This document shows, piece after piece, positions 36,965 to 44,323 of a stretch of 53,633 bases of DNA; position 1 is the stretch's first letter, and each line of letters opens with the position of its first letter. Source of the DNA: an uncultured Bacteriovoracaceae bacterium (GTDB lineage Bacteria > Bdellovibrionota > Bacteriovoracia > Bacteriovoracales > Bacteriovoracaceae); NCBI GenBank assembly GCA_964012805.1, contig CAXGUD010000024.1:1-53633 (forward strand). The letters run 5' to 3'. The translations under genes were made by a program, and so were the position numbers. The notes beneath the pieces were generated by a model that was not told the origin of the DNA, ran no database searches, and saw only the letters and a program-made list of their open reading frames with translations.

Positions 36965-38107
36965 CTATAAACCCATAGACCTTCCTATAATTTCTTTCAT
37001 AATTTCATTTGTTCCACCGTAAATGGTTTGAACTCTTGAATCAATGTAGGCCCTAGCAATTTCGTATTCCATCATATAACCATAACCACCATAAAGTTGG
37101 AGGCATTGGTCAACGGTTTTAACTTGGAGGTCGGTTGCCCAATATTTTGCCATTGCAGCCTTAACAGATGAGAGTTTCTTTTTATTTAAGAGCTCTATAC
37201 AATCGTCAATAAAAACACGACCGATCTCAGCCTCAGTTTTCATTTCTGCCAATTTAAATCTTGAGTTTTGAAATTTCCCAATAGGTTGATTAAAAGCCAT
37301 CCTTTCCAATGTATACTGTGTTGTATACTTGAGAACCTCTTCTACAACACCTAAAGCACCAACGGCGATAACCAACCTTTCCTGAGAAAGGTTTTCCATC
37401 ATATATTTAAAGCCCTCACCTTCTATACCTAAAATATTTTTTTTTGGTACTTTTACATTTTTAAAAAACAGTTCAGCGGTATCTTGTGCCTTCAACCCTA
37501 TTTTTTTTAAATTTTTTCCCTTTTCAAATCCTTCCATTCCGTCTTCAATACAAATTAAACTTATTCCCTTTCCCCCTTCCTTACTACTAGTTTTAACTGC
37601 AGTTATAATTAAGTTACCCAAAATTCCATTTGTTATAAAGGTTTTAGAACCATTAACTAAAAAGTACTCACCTTTATCCTCAGCTGTTGTTTTTATATTC
37701 TTAAGATCACTTCCACCTCCAGGTTCAGTCATGGCCAAAGCAGTAATTTTTTCACCTGAAATAAGTTTGGGAAACCATCTTTTTTTTTGTTCTTCATTAC
37801 AATACTTCTCCAAGTAAGGTATTGCGACATCATTATGAAGAGCGAAAGAAAGACCCGAAGTTCCTGCCTTAGCTATTTCTTCAATAAGAACACAACTATA
37901 TTTAAAATCTTTTAGTCCGAGTCCACCGTATTCTTTTGAAATAGTCATACCAAGAAGCCCAGCTTTTCCTGCCTTGGTCCAAATATCTTTTGGTACAATT
38001 CCTCTATTTTCCCACAATTCGTGAAAAGGAATAACCTCTTTTTTCAAAAACCTTTTTACAGAATCCCTAAAAAAAAGGAGATCTTCGTTATACATCTCTT
38101 TTTTCAC
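36965..38107 (-). CDS. Acyl-CoA dehydrogenase (long-chain type)
   Basis: AMTEPGGGSD, NGSKTFITNG, QDTAELFF, LSQERL, GGYGYM, IYGGTNEIMKE; GTG start with AGGAG RBS. Confidence 0.92.
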   Translation of the reverse strand: MKKEMYNEDLLFFRDSVKRFLKKEVIPFHELWENRGIVPKDIWTKAGKAGLLGMTISKEYGGLGLKDFKYSCVLIEEIAKAGTSGLSFALHNDVAIPYLEKYCNEEQKKRWFPKLISGEKITALAMTEPGGGSDLKNIKTTAEDKGEYFLVNGSKTFITNGILGNLIITAVKTSSKEGGKGISLICIEDGMEGFEKGKNLKKIGLKAQDTAELFFKNVKVPKKNILGIEGEGFKYMMENLSQERLVIAVGALGVVEEVLKYTTQYTLERMAFNQPIGKFQNSRFKLAEMKTEAEIGRVFIDDCIELLNKKKLSSVKAAMAKYWATDLQVKTVDQCLQLYGGYGYMMEYEIARAYIDSRVQTIYGGTNEIMKEIIGRSMGL

Positions 38108-38389
38108 AAATTTTGCTCCTTTTAATAAATTAATTAATAATTATTAAATTGGACAAGTCTTAATAATTAGATATACGAGACGGACCAAATCAAAAACTGT
38201 CTTTTTAAATTTACCAACAATTTAGATATCCTAAAATTACATGTAGGTAATTTAATTTACCCATTTGTAATAATTTATAAAAAAAAGGATAAGATTTAAA
38301 TTAAAATATAATGATATATCTTTTTTTCAAGAGTTTAGTTTATATTATTCGCGGTTTGTGTTCGATAAACAAATGAGAAATATACTTTT

Positions 38390-40582
38390 TTAAGAAGTCT
38401 CGACGAGAAACTTTTCTAAAAGTTTACGAACGTCTTCATCTATTTCCAAGACATTTTTGTACGGCTCAACCAAATTATTTTTTAAAATTATGCTATCCAT
38501 TTTAATCTTATCAGGCATTTGTTTAATTAAAATTGAAAGATCTTCATAGACTTCAGATTCTTTTTTTGCATTGATAACATTCAATAAAAAAGATATTAAT
38601 TTGGATCTTTGATGAATTAAACTTATAGTTCTTTCAAAATCGGGATATAACATTGCAACTCGGGACACACGATCTAACTCTTCTTGATCAATTTTATATA
38701 CTTCTCTCACCAAAAAAACATATTCAAAGAGGTTTTTAAATACCTTCTTTAAATTTTCTACTTTTTCTAAAATCTTCTCGTAAAAGGATTTATCAAACTT
38801 AAAATCAAACGGATAAAATAAATTAAAAACCGCCCCATACTTAATATAGACATCTAATAATGCACAAACCTTGTTAGAAGCATCGTATTGATGGTTCATT
38901 CTTTTATTTAATTTATTAATGCTTTCCATGTCATCACTTTTTAAATAAGTAAAAACGTCATTTGTCTTTTTAATAAGAATCGGATTAGAAGTAAAACTCT
39001 CTTTCAATAAAGAAAAGATCTTACTTAGTTCTGCATCGAAATAAGCCTTATGATATGTATCAGATAGTGGCGAGACAAAATCTTCTAAAACATCTAAGAT
39101 TAAATTTATTGCTTTTATCATTTTTTCTTCAAGCAGCGGTTTTTCATCAATCGACATTATCTCCTTAACAAAGGAAAAACTTAAAGCGTCGTCCTCAATT
39201 TCAACTAAGCTTTTTTCATTTTCTGTTATGTCCTCTGCGATTATCATAATTTTTGAAATACTATTATCCTTTTCATAAATGGGAGCATATGATAGCTTAA
39301 GTGTTTTCCCCTTTTTCGTCATTTGATCAGGCAAGGTTACTTTTTTTGGAAGAAGGTTATATTTTTCTGAAAAACTTTCTTTCTCAGATATAGAAAAACA
39401 CTTAGGCCAATTATGAACTAATTCCTCATATTCCCTGGTTCCTTTTTTAAAATTAGAATAAATAAGATTAAAAATATTAACCCCCAAAACGTCTCGCCCA
39501 AAAAATGATTTCGAATAAGATGAGAAAGGTAAAACAACTTCAAAGTTTTTTCCAACTGATAATATTGACAACTTTATATTATTAAGAAGACCTTGAACTT
39601 CACTTGTTTTCTCAGCGACAATTTCTTCAAGATTTTCATTAAAGTTTTCAACCTGATTCAAAAGAACTCGAACTTGCTTATTGTCCTCATCAATTTGCAT
39701 ATTTTTTAATTTTAAATCTTTATTTAATTGAATAAATTGTTTATTGTCTTCATCAATTTGCATATTTTTCAGTTTCAAGTCCTTATTCAGTTGAATAACT
39801 TTTTCATTAGTTTCATCTAAGATATCTAACTTTGATTCTAATTGAGAATTTAATTCAGTCAGTTTGACATTCATATGTAGATTTTCTTCTATTGTTTGAA
39901 CCCAGGAATCTTTTGCATTTCTAAATTCTGAAATTATATTGTTTATGTTTTTTTCTAGTTCAAGCAAACCGTTTATGTTATTTAATTTAGATAATGAGTT
40001 CAGATTATTTAGATTTTTAAAAGTAATTTTTCCAGTCTCTTTTAACAAGTGACGAATTGGAATAAAAAACATTTTTTTAACATTAAAATATAAAGTGGAA
40101 AAGATAGCAATACTAATAGTTATTGAAAAAACTATATTCAAATAAAGATCTTTTTTAATGTTAGAGAGAATCAATCTTTTTTTTGTATCAATAATTAAGC
40201 TAGCGACGGTTTTTATCTCTTCAGATTTTTTTCTATTTATAATGAATCTGCTTTTTATTACTTCCTCATAATTCATTTTTATTTTTCTATTTAACATCTC
40301 AACAAAAAGCTCATTTTTGTTATTATAAACTGCAATGTTTTCGACAAGAGGATTTGTAATCATAATATTTAATATCTTTTCTAATTTTTTTTTATTTAAA
40401 TAATTAACTGAATCACTAATTTCACCTTCGTAGTTTTTTACTAATACTTTTAAATCTTCTGACACGTTTTTCATTTCATTTTTATATTTTCCAAAATGCA
40501 GGAATGCCACAAAAATTAAATTGATTATTACAATAAATAGAATCTCAGTTTTAAAATTTTCAATACCAAAACGTTCATTCAT
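38390..40582 (-). CDS. Membrane sensor: TM - periplasmic domain - TM - HAMP-like - long coiled coil - PAS - HPt-like helical C-terminus; no kinase domain
   Basis: Two TMs, IPIRHL HAMP start, LEEIVAEKT, PAS (LSILSVG...SYAPIY...AEDITE), shared C-terminal domain. Confidence 0.75.
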   Translation of the reverse strand: MNERFGIENFKTEILFIVIINLIFVAFLHFGKYKNEMKNVSEDLKVLVKNYEGEISDSVNYLNKKKLEKILNIMITNPLVENIAVYNNKNELFVEMLNRKIKMNYEEVIKSRFIINRKKSEEIKTVASLIIDTKKRLILSNIKKDLYLNIVFSITISIAIFSTLYFNVKKMFFIPIRHLLKETGKITFKNLNNLNSLSKLNNINGLLELEKNINNIISEFRNAKDSWVQTIEENLHMNVKLTELNSQLESKLDILDETNEKVIQLNKDLKLKNMQIDEDNKQFIQLNKDLKLKNMQIDEDNKQVRVLLNQVENFNENLEEIVAEKTSEVQGLLNNIKLSILSVGKNFEVVLPFSSYSKSFFGRDVLGVNIFNLIYSNFKKGTREYEELVHNWPKCFSISEKESFSEKYNLLPKKVTLPDQMTKKGKTLKLSYAPIYEKDNSISKIMIIAEDITENEKSLVEIEDDALSFSFVKEIMSIDEKPLLEEKMIKAINLILDVLEDFVSPLSDTYHKAYFDAELSKIFSLLKESFTSNPILIKKTNDVFTYLKSDDMESINKLNKRMNHQYDASNKVCALLDVYIKYGAVFNLFYPFDFKFDKSFYEKILEKVENLKKVFKNLFEYVFLVREVYKIDQEELDRVSRVAMLYPDFERTISLIHQRSKLISFLLNVINAKKESEVYEDLSILIKQMPDKIKMDSIILKNNLVEPYKNVLEIDEDVRKLLEKFLVETS
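39674..39799. repeat. In-frame 63-bp tandem duplication (2 copies) encoding [V/F]IQLNKDLKLKNMQIDEDNKQ
   Basis: Copies at 39674-39736 and 39737-39799 differ at 10 nt; 9 differences are synonymous. Confidence 0.95.
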
Positions 40583-40612
40583 TATCTAATTACCTATAGT
40601 CTCGCTTTGTTC

Positions 40613-40638
40613 TTGTCGGTAAAGATCGATTCTTTTGA
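40613..40638 (-). promoter_or_regulatory. Putative sigma28/FliA-type promoter of the 38390-40582 sensor
   Basis: Minus strand TCAA-N14-ACCGACAA versus consensus TAAA-N15-GCCGATAA. Confidence 0.4.
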
Positions 40639-40719
40639 AAGTCAATTTTTTTTATAAGAAGAGGAAAGAAGTAGGGTTTATGAATTTACTAAATTAGCTA
40701 AATTTTACTTTGTGACACA

Positions 40720-42153
40720 CTACCATTTATTTTTTAATTTCCAAATTGTATATGATGAGAAAAATATATCCTCACCTGCTATCGCTAAATGTGAAGACTG
40801 CTTTATATTGTTCCTATTATTGCCTAAAGAATGAACTTCTCTTATGCTTCCATTAGGTTCAATTTTAAGAATATTATTATTTGAGTCAATAGAAAGAACA
40901 TAGTTTTTGACTGGATACCAAGACTCTAGATCTTTTTCAAGATCAACGAACCGCCATTTTTTTGCGTTTGAAGAATACCAAATAATACTTTTCCCCTTTT
41001 TTTCTGCCAGTTCTACTTTCATTACAAATCCACTTTCGTATGATTTCACCCCCCAAATTTTTTTGATTTGTGGAAGAGCTATCTCATCAAATTTTTTTCC
41101 TTTATTTCGACTCAAATACAGTCTATAATTCATTGAACCTACATCGTGCTTAGTTTCTTTATTTTTCAATATAATAGGATAAGAAAGAATATATATTTCT
41201 CTAGTTTTTTCATTTCCTAGAATTTTAATTCTTGTTTTTTTTCTATTAAACTCGATTGGTAATTTATATACTTCTTTCCATGTAGGTTTTTTATCCTTTA
41301 AATTACTCTTAAATAGACAATATCTATTATTAACGGTACCGTTATCGGGGTCCTCCTTCGAAATTAAAATCATTTGAAAAGCATCGTAATTTAAAAAAAT
41401 AGGATTTACATTAGCTGCCCCTTTTTGGACATCACCCAATGAGGGGTATTGCCTCCAAGTACTTCCAGTGTCAAGACTGTATTTGTCACCATTTTTATGT
41501 CGATTCAAAATAATCCTATCACCATAGTAAACAGATCCAACTTGGTTTAGCTTTTCTCTTGGAGAGATATCAATCCACTCACCAATACCCTTATTAAAAA
41601 TCGCTAAATTTGTTTCACCTCCCCAAATAGTTCCTACGACCTTGCCATTCACCAAAGCAACTGAGTTTAGAGTATTATAATAATTTAAACCATCATCTAA
41701 TCTCTTAAAGCCAAAAGGTTTTGAAGGTATTTTTTTGGACTCTTCGTTGAATAAATGGAGAACATTGCTTTTTTTACCATCAAAATAATGATGATAAGGG
41801 TTTCCGCCTTCTTCAATAAAATTCATTTCCCATTTTTTTTCTTTATTTTCAAGGCTATAACTAGTTCGAAAAGTTTTTGTATCAATTTCAATTTTCAATT
41901 CACCATCTGGACACTTTTTAATACAAAGAATCTTTGAGTTTTTTACAAATTTAAAAATTCCTTCTTTACCAAACCAACTGACTTTTCCATCTCTAAAAAA
42001 CTCTATTTTTCCACCACTAAGTGCCTCAACCCATGTACCGTAAACCCACTGTGCTTCAGGAGCTTTTGGAAGACAAGAAATTATTGAAGACATTAAAAGG
42101 GTAATTAATGCAAAACGATTAGCTATTAAATGGTAATTTTTCATAACATGCAA
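40720..42153 (-). CDS. Lipoprotein with Asp-box (BNR)-like repeats, probable beta-propeller
   Basis: Lipobox SIISC; YSLDTGSTW and YLSRNKGKKF Asp-box-like motifs. Likely start MKNYH (42144). Confidence 0.6.
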   Translation of the reverse strand: MHVMKNYHLIANRFALITLLMSSIISCLPKAPEAQWVYGTWVEALSGGKIEFFRDGKVSWFGKEGIFKFVKNSKILCIKKCPDGELKIEIDTKTFRTSYSLENKEKKWEMNFIEEGGNPYHHYFDGKKSNVLHLFNEESKKIPSKPFGFKRLDDGLNYYNTLNSVALVNGKVVGTIWGGETNLAIFNKGIGEWIDISPREKLNQVGSVYYGDRIILNRHKNGDKYSLDTGSTWRQYPSLGDVQKGAANVNPIFLNYDAFQMILISKEDPDNGTVNNRYCLFKSNLKDKKPTWKEVYKLPIEFNRKKTRIKILGNEKTREIYILSYPIILKNKETKHDVGSMNYRLYLSRNKGKKFDEIALPQIKKIWGVKSYESGFVMKVELAEKKGKSIIWYSSNAKKWRFVDLEKDLESWYPVKNYVLSIDSNNNILKIEPNGSIREVHSLGNNRNNIKQSSHLAIAGEDIFFSSYTIWKLKNKW

Positions 42154-42197
42154 GGCCTCGTCTGAAAAAATATCTTTTCCTCTGAAGAGATATATTC

Positions 42198-42224
42198 CTA
42201 TCGGAAAAACCTTTAAATCCTAGA
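42198..42224 (-). promoter_or_regulatory. Putative sigma28/FliA-type promoter of the BNR lipoprotein gene
   Basis: Minus strand TCTA-N15-TCCGATAG. Confidence 0.4.
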
Positions 42225-42641
42225 TAGCAGAATCATTAAAAATTGAATTTTACCAGCATGTTTTTACCTCAGATTGATTGACTATAAAGATCCTTATTTT
42301 GTATACTTCTGATAAATTTTTATTTTCTTTTTAGACTGAAAGATTCACTATTTAAAATCAAAACTTCTACTACTTCCTTCAAACAAAGATTAGGTTATGA
42401 AGTGTTTTTTTTACATTGGTTCTCCACTTCGAATTTTTTGTATATGGAACTCTGGTCCTGTTTCCTTATAATATTAAGATTAACTTCATTTTAAATTACA
42501 AAAATTAACCGACTCTTTTAATCCCTCGCTTAAAAAGCCATGCAAGCAACCAAAAACTAAAAAAATTTCAGTAATTATCAAAAGAATTAACATTAATAAA
42601 TAAAAAACTTTTATAATTTAAAAGTAATTACCGAAAATAGA

Positions 42642-42669
42642 TAAAGAAAAAAAAACTCTTTACCGAGAT
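42642..42669 (+). promoter_or_regulatory. Putative sigma28/FliA-type promoter of the CheY-like gene, possibly leaderless
   Basis: TAAA-N16-ACCGAGAT ending 7 nt before the ATG; no Shine-Dalgarno visible. Confidence 0.5.
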
Positions 42670-42676
42670 ATATTCC

Positions 42677-43036
42677 ATGAAAATTTTAATAGTTGAAGAC
42701 TCAGAAAATGCAAGAAAACAATATCAAGAATTATTCTCACCAGAGGGGTATGAGCTTCTCGAAGCAGAAAACGGACTTGAAGCCTTAGGTGCAATTCAAT
42801 ACTATAAAGAATCAATTGATATAATAATTTGCGACGTGAATATGCCTAAATTAGATGGTCTTTCTGTTTGCGAAATAGTTCAGAGAGATAACATAAAAAC
42901 AGCACCAATTATAATGGTTACCACCGAATTGGATCCAGAAATGAAAAAGAGAGGAATGAATGCAGGAGTGAGGGTTTGGTTCCATAAACCAGTAGACGAG
43001 GAGAAATTACTAAGTGTAGTTCAAAAACTAGCTTAA
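42677..43036 (+). CDS. Single-domain CheY-like response regulator
   Basis: ILIVEDS, ICDVNMP (phospho-Asp), MVTT, KP. Confidence 0.92.
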   Translation: MKILIVEDSENARKQYQELFSPEGYELLEAENGLEALGAIQYYKESIDIIICDVNMPKLDGLSVCEIVQRDNIKTAPIIMVTTELDPEMKKRGMNAGVRVWFHKPVDEEKLLSVVQKLA

Positions 43037-43119
43037 AATTTAACTAAACAATATAAAAGAATAACACCAAGTATATTTATTTGAAATATAAACTTAAACT
43101 TTCTCACTGAGGAGTATAA

Positions 43120-44142
43120 ATGAAAAAGTTGGTTTTTTTATTGCTAGCGATAGGTATGTTAACGACTAACCAAGCCTTTGCAAAGAAGCTAAGGGTTGGA
43201 GTTATTATTGGAGCTGGTGGTTCAGCAAACTCATTTTTCCAAATGATTAATCGCGGTGTTGGTAAAGCAAGAAAAGAATTAAAGATTAAGCCATACATCG
43301 AAAGAGCACAAGCTTTGGCCGGAGAAACAATAGATCAAAAGTCAGTTGATGCTGCCCTTGAGAGACTAATTCTAAAAAGAAAAGTTGACATTATAGTTAT
43401 CGATTGGATGAACACAGGATTTGGAGGATCAGTCAAAAAGCTAGGAAAAAAGCATCCTAAGGTAAAATGGATCGTTGAAGATACTGATGCCAACCTTGGA
43501 ATGAAAAATGTCGTTAGCGTTCTTTTTGGTCAGCATGAGGGATCTTTTCTAGCAGGAGCTTTGGCCGGTGCCATGACCAAATCAAACAAAGTAGGCTTTA
43601 TTGGCGGGGTTAATATTCCAGTTATTGACTCTTTTAAAGTTGGGTTTCAAGAAGGTGTAAAGTACACTAACTCTGGTGCAAATGTTGAAACTACTTACCT
43701 TTCTCTTTTACCTAAGTTTACAGGATTTGGTGACCCTAAAAAGGCTTTCAAAACGGCGACTTCATGGTACGACTCAGGCGTAGACATTATTTACTCAGCA
43801 GCAGGTGCTTCTGGTAACGGCGTGATAAGGGCCGCGAAGCAGTCAAAGAAATTTGCCATCGGCGTTGATAGTGATCAAGACAGTAAAGCTAAAGGAAGAA
43901 TCCTTACTAGTATGATGAAAAGATTAGACAATGCTACTTTTAATGAGATTAAAAAAATTAAAGAAGGTAACTTCAAGCCAGGTGTTGCTTACTATGGTCT
44001 TAAAGAAGGTGGTGTTTCATTGACAGAAATGAAGTATACAAAAAATGTTATTTCTGGAGATGTCCTTGCAAAAATTAAAGAGATCGAAGACAAAATTAAG
44101 TCAGGAGAAATCAAAGTTACAAATGCAATGAGCAAAAAATAG
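43120..44142 (+). CDS. BMP/PnrA-family periplasmic substrate-binding protein (orphan)
   Basis: Signal peptide (AFA), HEGSFLAG, KVGFIGG, DIIYSAAG.SG.G, AIGVDSDQ, ILTSMMK; GAGGAG RBS. Confidence 0.9.
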   Translation: MKKLVFLLLAIGMLTTNQAFAKKLRVGVIIGAGGSANSFFQMINRGVGKARKELKIKPYIERAQALAGETIDQKSVDAALERLILKRKVDIIVIDWMNTGFGGSVKKLGKKHPKVKWIVEDTDANLGMKNVVSVLFGQHEGSFLAGALAGAMTKSNKVGFIGGVNIPVIDSFKVGFQEGVKYTNSGANVETTYLSLLPKFTGFGDPKKAFKTATSWYDSGVDIIYSAAGASGNGVIRAAKQSKKFAIGVDSDQDSKAKGRILTSMMKRLDNATFNEIKKIKEGNFKPGVAYYGLKEGGVSLTEMKYTKNVISGDVLAKIKEIEDKIKSGEIKVTNAMSKK

Positions 44143-44168
44143 TTAATTTTAAAAAATGTTTAAATCAT

Positions 44169-44201
44169 AAAAAAGGGGGTCTTTTAAGACCCCTTTTTTT
44201 T
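44169..44201 (+). terminator. Rho-independent terminator after the BMP gene (bidirectional shape)
   Basis: AAAAAAGGGGGTCTT-TT-AAGACCCCTTTTTTTT hairpin with A and T tracts. Confidence 0.85.
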
Positions 44202-44240
44202 GAAAAAAAATAAATCCTATTTAAAAATCCAATAAACATT

Positions 44241-44268
44241 TAAAGAAGCTCATTCAACAAACCGATAT
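44241..44268 (+). promoter_or_regulatory. Putative sigma28/FliA-type promoter of the CheA-like kinase
   Basis: TAAA-N16-ACCGATAT, same spacing as the site upstream of the CheY-like gene. Confidence 0.55.
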
Positions 44269-44323
44269 CGAGTATAGAGGATAGTTATTTAACGCCGTTT
44301 TCTAATATTTTAGGATAATAAAA

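Noticed and set aside
38134..38147. Perfect palindrome TTAATAATTATTAA upstream of the beta-oxidation/atu operon as an operator
   Set aside because: Pure A/T in a very AT-rich spacer, so plausible by chance; no regulator nearby.
39674..39799. CRISPR-like or mobile repeat
   Set aside because: Two adjacent in-frame copies without spacers, inside a CDS; no cas, transposase or integrase genes in the window.
42225..42640. Long intergenic region as an sRNA, riboswitch or gene remnant
   Set aside because: No recognisable riboswitch motif, stable hairpin or credible ORF by eye; an Rfam/Infernal scan would be needed.
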